A stretch of DNA of 64,000 nucleotides from Promethearchaeota archaeon (GCA_030599585.1 JAUVNS010000004.1:32001-96000); one strand, 5' to 3'. Counted from the stretch's first letter, positions 10,286 through 20,753 are shown. Numbers and translations are program-made. The notes: generated by a model not told the origin, from the letters alone.

Positions 10286-10885
10286 TCATACTAATAATTG
10301 CAGATTTATTTTAATTAATCGAATCGTAGAAGATGCTAAATATGAGCGATTTCCAAGACTTATCTCTACCAAATTCAACTTTTTCAATTCTTTATCGTTT
10401 AGAAGATCACCACTTTGATCTCCTAGAATAAACAGCAAATTATCCTTTGAACTCAGTTCCTCAAAAATTTCTTTAAAATCCATTCCATCCTCATTTAATA
10501 CAAATGCTTTATATTTTTTTTCGACGAAATTTTTAATAGCGTCAATAATATCTAATTTTGAGTATTTTATTGAGTCTAATGGCGTTTCAGGATGCTTTTC
10601 TTCTTTTTTCGTTTTTTTGATAAATTCTACAAAGAAATCCGTTAGAAGAATTTCGTTTTTTGGGAAACTTTCATCATTGAACAGATCAGAGTCAAAGACA
10701 AACGTTCCATACTTATCCAGAAAAATCCATATTTGAATATTTTTTTCAAGATCTGTGTCAATTGTAAGCGCTGATAAAATACATCTTGAGATTACGTCAA
10801 GTCTTCCAGATGATCCGGGGATATCTTTAATCGTATACCTGCTAATGTTAGCTGTAGAAGATTTTATGAAGAAAATTAAGTTCAT
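10286..10885 (-). CDS. trmY: tRNA (pseudouridine54-N1)-methyltransferase (SPOUT)
   Basis: DIPGSSGRLDVISRC, FILGDQSG, ISLG..SYLAS. Confidence 0.85.
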   Translation of the reverse strand: MNLIFFIKSSTANISRYTIKDIPGSSGRLDVISRCILSALTIDTDLEKNIQIWIFLDKYGTFVFDSDLFNDESFPKNEILLTDFFVEFIKKTKKEEKHPETPLDSIKYSKLDIIDAIKNFVEKKYKAFVLNEDGMDFKEIFEELSSKDNLLFILGDQSGDLLNDKELKKLNLVEISLGNRSYLASSTIRLIKINLQLLV

Positions 10886-10994
10886 TAATTTAAGATGAAA
10901 CTATTTGATTTAAATTGGTATTATAAACCTGAGAGTATACCATATGAATAAATTTTTTGTTTTTCAGAAGTGAAGTCTCCTCTGAAATTACAGT

Positions 10995-11303
10995 TTATTC
11001 TAATTTTTTTTTCTTAAAGCGTGTAATTAGATAAAATGTGCCCATCAATACTGTTATTGAAAGAACAACGCCGACGATTCCAGCAACATAATCGTTAGTA
11101 ATCCAACTTAAGAAAGGAATCCAGGGAGAAAACAAATTTTCAAGCCATTCTTCACCATAATAATCTATTAAAACTCTTTCTAACCCATCAGGATTTTCAG
11201 AGAGAAATCCAATTGTAAAACCTACCGCTATAACAGACATTAGAGCAATGACTATTATTAAAATTGTGATTAAAGGCCATTTATTTCTTTTTATTATGCT
11301 CAT
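10995..11303 (-). CDS. PDGLE-domain Co/Ni ECF accessory membrane protein (CbiN/NikN-like)
   Basis: SENPDGLE motif between two TM helices, directly downstream of cbiM. Confidence 0.85.
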   Translation of the reverse strand: MSIIKRNKWPLITILIIVIALMSVIAVGFTIGFLSENPDGLERVLIDYYGEEWLENLFSPWIPFLSWITNDYVAGIVGVVLSITVLMGTFYLITRFKKKKLE

Positions 11304-11305
11304 TT

Positions 11306-11977
11306 TTATTTCACCTTCAGTATTGATTCAGTTGTAATAAAATCAGGCTTAGTTTTATAAATATAAAACACAATAAGAGCAGAGATTATTGCTTCACCAA
11401 TTCCTATTAGGATATGCCAAAAAACCATAGCCGGAACTGCAATTTCAATTGGAATTGTGCCACTAATACCAATTTCAATGCCACATATGAAAGAAGCTAA
11501 CACTATCGATATATAAGATCCAATAGCGGTTGCGATTGTAACTTTTAATTCCTTTTTCAGTGATGTTTTATTAAAAAGCCTTACAAGCAACAACACTATA
11601 TAGAATCCTACAATACCACATATTATCCCCATATTAAAGGCATTCGGCCCTAAAGCAGTAATTCCTCCGTCCCCAAAAAGGCTTTGAATAACTAAGATTA
11701 AAAACAATACAATAACGGACGCCCAAGGACCAAGTATAATGGCTACTAGAGTACCTCCAACCAAATGGCCAGAAGTTCCTCCTGGAACAGGGTAATTAAC
11801 AAATTGAAACGCAAAAATAATTGCTGCCAATACTCCAATGTAGGGGATCATCTTTTCAGAATCTTCTTTTTCAAACATTTTGCCCATTCTAAAATATCCT
11901 AGAATCATAATCGCAATTGTAACAACCCAGAGCACGATAGTTGTTATAGGGTCTAATAATCCATCAGGTAGATGCAT
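11306..11977 (-). CDS. cbiM: Co/Ni ECF transporter S component
   Basis: N-terminal MHLPDG, GTSGHLVGG, GDGGITALG. Confidence 0.93.
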   Translation of the reverse strand: MHLPDGLLDPITTIVLWVVTIAIMILGYFRMGKMFEKEDSEKMIPYIGVLAAIIFAFQFVNYPVPGGTSGHLVGGTLVAIILGPWASVIVLFLILVIQSLFGDGGITALGPNAFNMGIICGIVGFYIVLLLVRLFNKTSLKKELKVTIATAIGSYISIVLASFICGIEIGISGTIPIEIAVPAMVFWHILIGIGEAIISALIVFYIYKTKPDFITTESILKVK

Positions 11978-12175
11978 TTTTTCTTTACCAATATTTTATT
12001 ATCGATTAATTTTTTTGGTATGAATAATATTTTATCATAATTTAGTATTATTTATAAACGATATGATAATTTTATAATTTAATATGAAGTATCAATTTGG
12101 AGCCATTTGAGTTTCATAGAAGGAATATTCTAATGAGTTTCGTTAAATAATAGAAAGCTAAGGAGATAAAATAAA

Positions 12176-12979
12176 TTGGATATAGAATTACCTTTCAAAC
12201 ATGAAGATGAGAAAAATTTCTTAAATAAGATTCATCCTTTAATTCGATTCATTCTTCCGTTTATCTTAGTTGTACCCTTTCTTATTATAAACGATGTTTA
12301 TTTAGTAATTACGATTATTATTTTTGTTATATTTTTCAATTTAGTGTTTCGCCTACATCTATTAAATATTTTTTCAAAACTTAAAGCGTTAATTCCATTT
12401 ATACTTCTTATTACAATTTTTGTTCCTTTTTATGTTGGAAACACCGTACTCTTTCAATTAAACATTGGAATTCCACTAAATATTTATGTGGAAGGATTAG
12501 CTTATGCCTTAACTCTATTTTTTCGAATTATTGGGGCGGCGTTTGTATTCTTAACCTTTCTAACATCTTTAACTTATTCTGAATTTATTGAAGCATTAAC
12601 TAAATTAAGAGCAATTCCCTCATTTTTTGTAGGTAGTATTATTATCATGCTTCATTACATCCCAATTCTCGCAAAATCTAATAAAAAAGTACTAGAAGCA
12701 CAGGATTTAAGAGGAAAAAACTTTACATCGTATTGGCAAAGGCTTAAAACTCACGGGTTCATAATGGGAAAGAATGTAGTACACAATATGGAAAGAAGCG
12801 AAAAACTATACGAGAGTTTAAAAATGAGGGGATTTTCTGGTAAAATTACCTTTTCTTCAAAGAAGGTAAAATTAGCGGATATACTAATAGTAATGATATT
12901 TGTGTTTATTATGATTTCATTCATCTATTTTATCAATCTAGAACAGATATACATGGGGGTTTTTCAATTATTAGTCTAA
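12176..12979 (+). CDS. cbiQ: ECF transporter T component
   Basis: TM helices, AQDLRG and SLKMRGF conserved Arg motifs. Confidence 0.9.
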   Translation: MDIELPFKHEDEKNFLNKIHPLIRFILPFILVVPFLIINDVYLVITIIIFVIFFNLVFRLHLLNIFSKLKALIPFILLITIFVPFYVGNTVLFQLNIGIPLNIYVEGLAYALTLFFRIIGAAFVFLTFLTSLTYSEFIEALTKLRAIPSFFVGSIIIMLHYIPILAKSNKKVLEAQDLRGKNFTSYWQRLKTHGFIMGKNVVHNMERSEKLYESLKMRGFSGKITFSSKKVKLADILIVMIFVFIMISFIYFINLEQIYMGVFQLLV

Positions 12980-13719
12980 TAGAAGTGGAAAAAATAAATT
13001 TTGAGTACAATTCAAGTTTTTCTCTTAACGATTTATCTTTAACCATAAAAGAAAATTCGATCTACGCTTTAACAGGGAATAACGGGTCTGGTAAAACTAC
13101 GTTTCTCAGGTTATTAGTTGGTTTACTAAAACCTAAATCTGGAACTATTAAAATTTTCAACGAACTCCTGACTAGAGATAAACAACAACTCTGGAGACTT
13201 AGACAAAAAATCGGATTTTTATTCCAAAACCCAGATGATCAATTATTTGCCCCAACTATAGGAGAGGATGTAGGTTTTGGAGCAAGAAATCTTGGACTTG
13301 AAGAGCCTGAAGTGAACAAGAGAGTTGAATGGGCGCTCGAAGCTGTTAATTTATCGCAATATACTAAAAGTTCTCCGTACGATTTATCCTGGGGACAGAA
13401 AAAACGAGCTGCTTTAGCAGGACTATTAGTAATGAAGCCTAAACTATTAATATTAGACGAACCCTTCGCAAATCTTGATTTTAAATCAATTTATAACCAC
13501 CTACAAATTTTTAAAACCCTTAAAAAAGAGCAAAAGATGACAATTTTATTTACTACTCACAATCTTTTTTTTATAGAACATTGGGCAGATAAAATGCTTG
13601 TATTAAACGATGGAAGGGCTATATTTGAAGGTCTTCCTAAGGATGGATTAAACCTTCCCAAAATCAAGCAATTATTGGGGTCGTATAACGAACTCTTAAC
13701 TCTTATCAACCAAAAGTAA
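12970..13719 (+). CDS. cbiO: ECF transporter ATPase (probable ATT start at 12970; track uses GTG 12985)
   Basis: GNNGSGKT, FQNPDDQLF, LSWGQKKR, LDEP; upstream in-frame (M)SLIEVE gives the usual ABC N-terminus. Confidence 0.92.
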   Translation: MSLIEVEKINFEYNSSFSLNDLSLTIKENSIYALTGNNGSGKTTFLRLLVGLLKPKSGTIKIFNELLTRDKQQLWRLRQKIGFLFQNPDDQLFAPTIGEDVGFGARNLGLEEPEVNKRVEWALEAVNLSQYTKSSPYDLSWGQKKRAALAGLLVMKPKLLILDEPFANLDFKSIYNHLQIFKTLKKEQKMTILFTTHNLFFIEHWADKMLVLNDGRAIFEGLPKDGLNLPKIKQLLGSYNELLTLINQK

Positions 13720-13798
13720 TTTAGTTTTCCACTAAAATTGAATAAATTTTTTAATTTGTTCTTTTTATTATTACTTGGGAAAAACGATGATGGAACAT

Positions 13799-14073
13799 TA
13801 GCATATTCGAGGACGTTTATGATAACCCGTGATTAAACGTGCAAAATAACTGCTTACATCCTAAGTTTATTAATCAAAACTTACTGCGTCAAAAATGGGC
13901 TCTTAATCAAGCTTTGGTATAACCTTGCGATGAGATTGGAGTCAGACCCAGCACGCAGATAGATTATGCCCCAAAAAGGCAAAGAAATTACCGCCTAACA
14001 CGAGAGAATATATTTGATGTTTATGGTATGACCATAAGATGATAAATATGTGTTAGTGTTTTAGGCAACAATA
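13799..14073 (+). ncRNA. Putative three-hairpin H/ACA pseudouridylation guide sRNA
   Basis: Three hairpins, each with basal stem, internal pocket, upper stem, K-turn/K-loop-like motif and 3' ACA/ANA (13856, 13959-63, 14068); followed by a T-run at 14082-14088. Confidence 0.75.
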
Positions 14074-14137
14074 CTTGCTGATTTTTTTGCCCCTTTTCTT
14101 TTAAGATATGATTCTGAGCCTCAGAGACCTCACGGGT

Positions 14138-14617
14138 CTATAAAAGACTTATCGAATCTGAGCTGAATAGCTCTTTTAATTCTTTATTCATTTCGCTTTG
14201 ATCTTCTTGTTGAAGATAGTTATTAAGAACCGAAGCAATTTTTTGTGAGTATTTGTTCATGATTGCTCTCACGAGTCCTATTTGAATATTTTTATCGGTT
14301 GCAATACATAAGATACCCTTCCCGACTTTTAGCGAAAAGATCATCCCTTTAAAATATTCAGTTATTTGTAAATGTATCTTTCCATACCCTAAGATATATC
14401 CTTGTTCCTCGCCAGCCGTAAATACAGCTCCTCCAATCGCACCTATTTTTTCAACAGAAATGTCTTCTTCGGTAGGAGACTTTAATATGAATTTTGATTC
14501 GCTCATTATAGTTATCCCCGTATCATCTATGATTATAGCATATTTCAAGCCGGGCGTGCTATGAATAATTTCCTTAAGTATTTTCTTTAATATGCGTTCA
14601 TCATTAGAATAACTCAA
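14138..14617 (-). CDS. Roadblock/LC7 domain protein
   Basis: PGLKYAIIIDDTGITI...IGAIGGAVF...QIGLVR roadblock pattern. Confidence 0.85.
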   Translation of the reverse strand: MSYSNDERILKKILKEIIHSTPGLKYAIIIDDTGITIMSESKFILKSPTEEDISVEKIGAIGGAVFTAGEEQGYILGYGKIHLQITEYFKGMIFSLKVGKGILCIATDKNIQIGLVRAIMNKYSQKIASVLNNYLQQEDQSEMNKELKELFSSDSISLL

Positions 14618-14782
14618 TAACCTTCAATACACCTTCTTTTTGAGCGATAATTCTTTTTCTTGAGTGCGTTTTTTATTTTAAAAAGAATTTATTTAAAGTA
14701 AACTCACTCACTTTAATATAAAAATAAAAATTAATCTATAAAAACTTAATTCACTCGAAATAGTTTTATGTTGCGCAACGAA

Positions 14783-15193
14783 TTAAAATAACTCTTGCGA
14801 CCTAATCAAAGTTTTTAAGGGTTTTACTCTGTTTTTATTATTTTTCGATTTTTCGAGTAAAATAAATAGTTTAAAGTTTTTCCCTTTGTCTATATCGAAT
14901 TTTAATTGGACCAGATTTGGATCATTTATTACTTCTTTATTCTCCTTATTCTTCGAGATTGCCCACAATGCTAATTTGTTCTCGTGAATCCAAAGCCGTT
15001 TTGAGATATTTGCGCCTATTGTAAATCCATTTCTATCAGTGATAACGCCCGCAACAAAGTTAGGAAAGTTTATTTTAATCTTATGTAAAAAATAATTAAC
15101 TTCCATTTGATTTATCAATCTAACATTTTCCTGTTTCATACCAAATAACCTATCAAAATCAATTGATTTATAGATAAAAAGTGAAAAAAACAA
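14783..15193 (-). CDS. Hypothetical, degenerate roadblock-like protein
   Basis: PNFVAGVITDRNGFTI resembles roadblock N-terminal strands; real start may be the ATG of MKQEN. Confidence 0.5.
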   Translation of the reverse strand: MFFSLFIYKSIDFDRLFGMKQENVRLINQMEVNYFLHKIKINFPNFVAGVITDRNGFTIGANISKRLWIHENKLALWAISKNKENKEVINDPNLVQLKFDIDKGKNFKLFILLEKSKNNKNRVKPLKTLIRSQELF

Positions 15194-15304
15194 TTGAAAA
15201 AAACGTGTGATATCACGATATCATTCATGTTCAATTAAAAACAATTCACAAAGAAAAATCGCAATTAGTCAAAAGAAAAAGGGTCCTTCTTGGTATTACA
15301 TATT

Positions 15305-16276
15305 TTATCTTTCTTTTCCTTTAATTCCCAGATCCAGATTCTCTACTAACTCGTTAAACCTATTACGAACCGTTACCTCTGTGACTTGAGACGTCTTAGC
15401 TATTGCGCGTTGCGTCCTCCTCTCCTTAGTTATGATGCTCGCGGCATAAATAGCTGCGGCACACACTCCAGTTGGACCACGTCCAGAGGTAAGACCTCTT
15501 AGTTCAGCCATCTTGATTACTTTTTTTGCTATCTTCAGACACTCAGTGGACAATTCAAGTTCTGAAACAAAGCGAGTAAGAAAATCTAAGGGTTTAGTGG
15601 GATTTAAGTTTAGTTCTAACTCCTTTGAGATAAATCGATAAGATCGCCCTATCTCTTTTTTGTTAACACGAGCAACTTCAGCAATTTCATTTAAAGTGCG
15701 TGGTACTTTATACATTCTGCATGCAGCATATAAACTTGCAGCCGCAACTCCTTCGATACTTCTCCCCCGAATTAAGTGAGCTTCAACTGCATCTCTATAA
15801 ATCTTAGCTGAACACTCGCGGAGGTTTTTCTGAAGATCGAGACTTGACGACATTCTATCTAACTCACTTAACGCAAAGGTTAAGTTTCTTTCGGTGGCAT
15901 CTGAAACTCTAATTCGGGATTGCCACTTTCGCAAACGATATATCTGTCCTCTGATTTTGGCTGAGATCTCTTTACCAAAGATATCTTTGTTCTTCCAATC
16001 AATCATAGTGCTCAAGCCTTTGTCGTGGATCATCAACGTCATAGGAGCACCAGTTCTTGTTCTTTTCTTTCTTTGATCTGAGTCAAAAGCACGCCATTCT
16101 GGACCTTGGTCTATGTGTTTTTCAGAGTGAACTAATCCACATTTTTCACAAACTAATAAGCCTCTATTTGCATCAAATAAAATATTTTTACCGCATTCAG
16201 TACAATTATCTTGACTTAACACTGTATTTTTTTCTACGGTTGCATCGCTATGATTCCAACTTGAAATAAATAACAC
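15305..16276 (-). CDS. tfb: Transcription initiation factor B
   Basis: CxxC...CxxCG Zn ribbon, [11 protein letters not shown]-reader, two cyclin repeats ([13 protein letters not shown]). Confidence 0.97.
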   Translation of the reverse strand: MLFISSWNHSDATVEKNTVLSQDNCTECGKNILFDANRGLLVCEKCGLVHSEKHIDQGPEWRAFDSDQRKKRTRTGAPMTLMIHDKGLSTMIDWKNKDIFGKEISAKIRGQIYRLRKWQSRIRVSDATERNLTFALSELDRMSSSLDLQKNLRECSAKIYRDAVEAHLIRGRSIEGVAAASLYAACRMYKVPRTLNEIAEVARVNKKEIGRSYRFISKELELNLNPTKPLDFLTRFVSELELSTECLKIAKKVIKMAELRGLTSGRGPTGVCAAAIYAASIITKERRTQRAIAKTSQVTEVTVRNRFNELVENLDLGIKGKER

Positions 16277-16313
16277 CTATTAATATCTTTTTATAATGGA
16301 AATTAGAGAAAAC

Positions 16314-16565
16314 TTATCTCATTTTAGCATAAAAATTGTCATTCGGGTTAAATTCCTTCTTTGGAGAAATTTTCATCGAAATGAATGGTAGTTCTTCTGG
16401 ACCAAAGATCTCTACAATTTTTCCTATCTCGTCAAATTCTTCAGTAAAAACGGGTCTATTAGTTATTTTTTCTAAACTTTTGTTCCACTTTGTCGTTCTA
16501 AAAATCTGATGTTTTTTCGATTTTCCGAGATAGAACAGATTTAATTTATTATATTTTTGCGTAAC
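16314..16565 (-). CDS. gar1: H/ACA RNP protein Gar1 (no canonical start; start position uncertain); absent from ORF track
   Basis: Translates ...VFTEEFDEIGKIVEIFGPEELPFISMK... (Gar1/Naf1 core); gar1 upstream of tfb is a conserved archaeal arrangement; in-frame TAA at 16590-16592. Confidence 0.85.
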   Translation of the reverse strand, partial: VTQKYNKLNLFYLGKSKKHQIFRTTKWNKSLEKITNRPVFTEEFDEIGKIVEIFGPEELPFISMKISPKKEFNPNDNFYAKMR

Positions 16566-16743
16566 AACGACCCTAACTAATTTTAAAACTTAGAATAGTG
16601 AATTGGTGGTTAATATTTAAATATACCCTTTATTTAAAAAGGAATATTTTAGTGTATGGTTTAGCAGTAGTGAGAATTGCTAGGTTAATTTGTGCGAATA
16701 AGAATGATAGAAAAATTCTTGGTGATCATTCTGATTTTGAAAC

Positions 16744-17844
16744 CTAAATATAGCGTTTTTGAAGGTGATATTTCGCAAGACAATCGCACGAATAATCCTT
16801 ATCACGTCTTATTAAATGGTTAATGTCTTGAGTTAAAACAAAATTTCTTAAAGATTTTATCATAACTTCATTGCATTCTCTTTTTAAACAATTATGAATT
16901 CCTCGTTTAGAACCTGCGCCCGAAGGAGACGATATGATCCTCACTTCTTTTAGTATTTCTCTTTCGTGACATGCTTTGACAATGCATTTGAACAAAGAAT
17001 AGAACCAGGGAGGACGGTATCTCTTCTGATAAAATAAATACTCAATTAGTGTATTTTTTTGGATATTGAGTGGATTAATTGAAATAGTATTTACCTTTAG
17101 TTCTGCTAATTTAAAAATAGAACTAACGCAATCGTCGATAGCTGTTTGCTCATTTAGAAATGGAGGCTTAAACAGCAAGTATGCTCTCACGCCTATATCA
17201 TTTTTTTTGCAAAGACGAATCGCTTCTAAAAAATCTTTAAAAAATAAACCTTTATTTATGTAGGTATTTCTAATGTGGTCATTAACCGTTTCCAAACCGA
17301 TTGCTACTTCTATATATATGTCTAAAGAACTTCTCATTTTTATTAATTTTTCTTGGGTGATAAAATCCACTCGAGACTCTATAACGAGCTCTTTAATCTT
17401 CGGTATCTCTGTTATTTTTTTGTATATATAATCACGAGTACTTTCAGTAATTTCATCGTCATCAAAGAAGCTCCCGGAATTATAAATTTTTAACACAAAA
17501 TCTTCCTGCTCTTCAATAATCTCCGTGAATTTTTGTTGAAAGGCGTAATCAATTTGGTTTTTTATATGTGCTTGATCGATTTTTTCAAAAGTAGAATCTT
17601 GGACATATCCACACATAGAACATCCACCATCAGGACCTAGAGCCCAACTACAGCCTTTAGTTCTTAATATAATCGTGAATTCCTTTCCCTTTTTCTTTAG
17701 TAAACGATCTTCTTTTATCCAGAAGCTTATTGGTTTATCTAATTGTTTTTCATCGTATTTATGTTTCTGTTTAATAGCCTTTGATCTAAATTTCTTTATT
17801 TTTTCAACGATGAGGTTGTTATCGCTATATTTTTTCGTAGACAT
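16744..17844 (-). CDS. raSEA: Archaeosine biosynthesis radical SAM protein RaSEA
   Basis: ILRTKGCSWA...GGCSMCGY, YNSGSFFD, YRPPW, RGIHNC; overlaps arcS. Confidence 0.92.
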   Translation of the reverse strand: MSTKKYSDNNLIVEKIKKFRSKAIKQKHKYDEKQLDKPISFWIKEDRLLKKKGKEFTIILRTKGCSWALGPDGGCSMCGYVQDSTFEKIDQAHIKNQIDYAFQQKFTEIIEEQEDFVLKIYNSGSFFDDDEITESTRDYIYKKITEIPKIKELVIESRVDFITQEKLIKMRSSLDIYIEVAIGLETVNDHIRNTYINKGLFFKDFLEAIRLCKKNDIGVRAYLLFKPPFLNEQTAIDDCVSSIFKLAELKVNTISINPLNIQKNTLIEYLFYQKRYRPPWFYSLFKCIVKACHEREILKEVRIISSPSGAGSKRGIHNCLKRECNEVMIKSLRNFVLTQDINHLIRRDKDYSCDCLAKYHLQKRYI

Positions 17845-19912
17845 TTATGATTTTCCCTGTTTTTGAATTTTTTATATAATTAGATCCAACGATTAAGCTT
17901 CCTAATCCTATAATTTTTTCTTTAGTTTTATCAAAAATCACTACAACATCTTTTGGAACGAGGCTTGGACTAAAACTAACTATCCCTGGGCGAAATAAGG
18001 TATTTCCATTAATTTTTTGACCATCAAAAACAATATAATTCGAATTTTCGCTAAAAGGCAACATTCTATTTGCCCCTTTAAGATTTAATTCTATTTGTCC
18101 AGAATTAACATTAAATTTTCCAAGTTTTTCTCGAGTTAACAAGTCGCTTATTTCTATTTGATGACTTCTTTTGTTTCTCCACGTTTTAATTCCATTGTAA
18201 AATATTTTGTTGCCTGTATTAAGTCCAAATTGATAATCAATAATTTTAAAAAACTTACGAGTTAAAGTTTTTAGGAAGTTTTTATTTTCAGGAATAACAT
18301 CACCTATACTGTATGAATCTTTAAGTTCGCTTATTTTCTCCTCTAGAGAAAGCAAAGATTCATTGCTCGTAAGATTTTTCTTAACCTCAGTAAAGTAGAT
18401 TTTATTCTTTATTTTTGAACGAGCGTTTTCAATAATTTTAAAGTATCCTGAATCTTTTACGTGACACAATATAGGTATCCTCTCGTCAAACTTTTCCAAA
18501 AGGGAGATAAGCATATCTGAAGCAATAGCAATTTCTTCGTTATCCCATTCCCCGGTAACAGAAATATCATACGAATTCACGGGATATATATCTTCTAGTT
18601 GTCTTGGAATAGCCCCTAAAGGAGATGTTAAAATGATTTCTTGGAAATCAGGAAAATCACGATACTTCCTTATTACGGTATGAAATTTTTGATGAGATCT
18701 TGACTCAGAGTATGGTTTCTTCGCAGAACATGGTAGTATAATGATCAACTTTGTCCATGATTCAGGCGTGAATCTTTTAATCAATCTCTCCCGAAACCCT
18801 TGGAAATCTTGTCTATTATACGATAATGCTCCATGACAATTAATAACTTTATTTGTTTGAGTTAATGGGGTTTCATATTTCAAAATGTTGAAATATTGGT
18901 TATCAAGCACTCTCAATGTAGAAATTATATTCATGTCGTCAAATGAGGATTTTTCAATAAAACCCCGGAAATCTTCCATTCTCAGATACAATTTGATTTT
19001 ATTCATGTAAGTGAATGCTGAGATAATATTGTGAAGAGTTAGTTGTTCTGTTTTTTCAGAAGAATATTTGTCAGTTAGACTATGCTTTAAATTCCTCTTA
19101 CAAATCGTACATGGGCACGGAAAATACTTAATCTTATAAATTGGAAGTAGATATTCGATTGTATCGTAGAAATTTTCAGCAGATAAATATAATAAGTAAG
19201 AACTATCGATTAGGTCGATTCCTAAGTATACCAAGATCGGATAAAATTTCGGAATAATTCTCCCCGAAACCATTAATACTAAATTATTATCGAGCTCTTG
19301 TTTGATTTTAAATATGACTTTTAATATGTTCCTGAAATTACTAAAATTGTCAAAGATATCTACTAAATTTATTATTCTAACATTTTTATTGTTCTTAATT
19401 AGAGGAATGTATAGATCAAATAGTTCATAATAATCATAAATTTTAACAGATAAACCAAAATCTAAATTGCTATGTTGTTGTAAGATCTGATTAGATTCTT
19501 CTATAAAAATCTTAATTTCCTCTTCAGCAAATTCTTTATTTATAACTGTTGTTGGAATATTGAATGGAATGGAAGGGATAATGTTGTCTTCTGTAAAAAT
19601 GTCAATATTAGAAGTTAATATTCCCTTAAAAGATTCCATTGAACCATTATGCGTATAGATAAAGCCAGTCTTTTTAAATTTGTCTCGTAAGAATCCAATT
19701 TTCAAATAGAAGTCTTTTAAAATTAAAAAAATCTCATGATCTTCAAATTCCTCAAGAAAATTTAAATCGTTCATTAAACTTTTTTTCATCGGAATAATTA
19801 TGTTTGGGGTTGAAATAAACCTTTTAGATTCTTTCGAACAGACAATTCTGCCTATTCTTGAAAACCCTACACCTTTTGTAATTAATTCAAAAAAATAATT
19901 CATACTTTCCAA
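17825..19912 (-). CDS. arcS: Archaeosine synthase ArcS (TGT-like + DUF5591 + PUA domains)
   Basis: CPCTIC Zn site, LPCSAKKPYSESRSH, TSPLGAIPRQLE, YD..VTGEW, C-terminal PUA. Confidence 0.9.
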   Translation of the reverse strand: MESMNYFFELITKGVGFSRIGRIVCSKESKRFISTPNIIIPMKKSLMNDLNFLEEFEDHEIFLILKDFYLKIGFLRDKFKKTGFIYTHNGSMESFKGILTSNIDIFTEDNIIPSIPFNIPTTVINKEFAEEEIKIFIEESNQILQQHSNLDFGLSVKIYDYYELFDLYIPLIKNNKNVRIINLVDIFDNFSNFRNILKVIFKIKQELDNNLVLMVSGRIIPKFYPILVYLGIDLIDSSYLLYLSAENFYDTIEYLLPIYKIKYFPCPCTICKRNLKHSLTDKYSSEKTEQLTLHNIISAFTYMNKIKLYLRMEDFRGFIEKSSFDDMNIISTLRVLDNQYFNILKYETPLTQTNKVINCHGALSYNRQDFQGFRERLIKRFTPESWTKLIIILPCSAKKPYSESRSHQKFHTVIRKYRDFPDFQEIILTSPLGAIPRQLEDIYPVNSYDISVTGEWDNEEIAIASDMLISLLEKFDERIPILCHVKDSGYFKIIENARSKIKNKIYFTEVKKNLTSNESLLSLEEKISELKDSYSIGDVIPENKNFLKTLTRKFFKIIDYQFGLNTGNKIFYNGIKTWRNKRSHQIEISDLLTREKLGKFNVNSGQIELNLKGANRMLPFSENSNYIVFDGQKINGNTLFRPGIVSFSPSLVPKDVVVIFDKTKEKIIGLGSLIVGSNYIKNSKTGKIINVYEKI

Positions 19913-20024
19913 TTAGAAGTATTATCCTTTTGTAATTAAATTAATTTATTTCGCCATTTTAAAACAAATCCGCAATCTAGCTTTGCTTATCATACGATCA
20001 ACAAGTTAATTAAGGAAAGTAGCT

Positions 20025-20612
20025 TTAACAAGGTTCAACTTTATAATCTCCTCGTTTATACATTTCAAATAAGATTTCAGCTTCATGAATTGCGTCATCC
20101 ACTGCTCTATGTTTTTCAATATAGCTCGTATTAGGGAATATATTATCCCAGGCTTCTTGCATTTTTGGATTTTTATAACCTCCTCTTGAACGCATAATTT
20201 TACATACCTCTTTAGCAACTGCCATAATATCTGGGATATCCTTTTTTATAATAAAGCCTCTAGATTCCATATATCCAAAATCAAATGCTGTGTTATACGC
20301 AGTTAATGAATATTGATCTAAAATTTCTTGAATTTGTTTTTTAACATGGTTTAAACTAGGTGCGTCCTCAATATCTTCGAATTTCAAATCAGAGTTATTG
20401 AAAATCCAAGCGTTTCTGTGCGATTCTCCAAAAGGTAATTCTTTTACCAACGAATCAAATAATATTCGAGTTGTTCCAGTTACTAAATCAAGCTCAACAA
20501 TACCTATCTCAATTATACACCCTTCTTTTTTGATTTTAGTTGTTTCTATATCAATAACAGCAATTTTTTTAGAATTAGGCTTTTTAACAAAGTCATTAAT
20601 ATCTCGAAAAAT
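20025..20612 (-). CDS. DEDDh 3'-5' exonuclease (probable ATT start at 20612)
   Basis: ExoI IAVIDIETT lies upstream of the track's start; also AYNTAFD and HRAVDDA; GGAGGAG 6 nt before the ATT. Confidence 0.88.
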   Translation of the reverse strand: MFRDINDFVKKPNSKKIAVIDIETTKIKKEGCIIEIGIVELDLVTGTTRILFDSLVKELPFGESHRNAWIFNNSDLKFEDIEDAPSLNHVKKQIQEILDQYSLTAYNTAFDFGYMESRGFIIKKDIPDIMAVAKEVCKIMRSRGGYKNPKMQEAWDNIFPNTSYIEKHRAVDDAIHEAEILFEMYKRGDYKVEPC

Positions 20613-20753
20613 ATGAAACTCCTCCCAAAGATATGATTTTTTTTAATCTATACTATTGATATTAATCTTAATAAAAAAAATGTAATTGAAATGAAATATA
20701 AATCATTAGAGAGTGATTACTAAAGCGATTTTGATCTAAAACTTACACACGAT

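Noticed and set aside
11978-12175. NikR operator or cobalamin riboswitch between cbiM and cbiQ
   Set aside because: TATGA-N11-TCATA is present but its spacing differs from the classic NikR site and the region is very AT-rich; no riboswitch consensus seen
13825-14137. ACCCGTGA...TCACGGGT as MITE terminal inverted repeats, or as the closing helix of SRP/RNase P RNA
   Set aside because: Only 8 bp with no target-site duplication; no SRP helix-8 or RNase P P4 consensus seen on either strand; the H/ACA model explains the structure better
16744-19912. arcS-raSEA pair as a novel system
   Set aside because: This is the established archaeosine biosynthesis module
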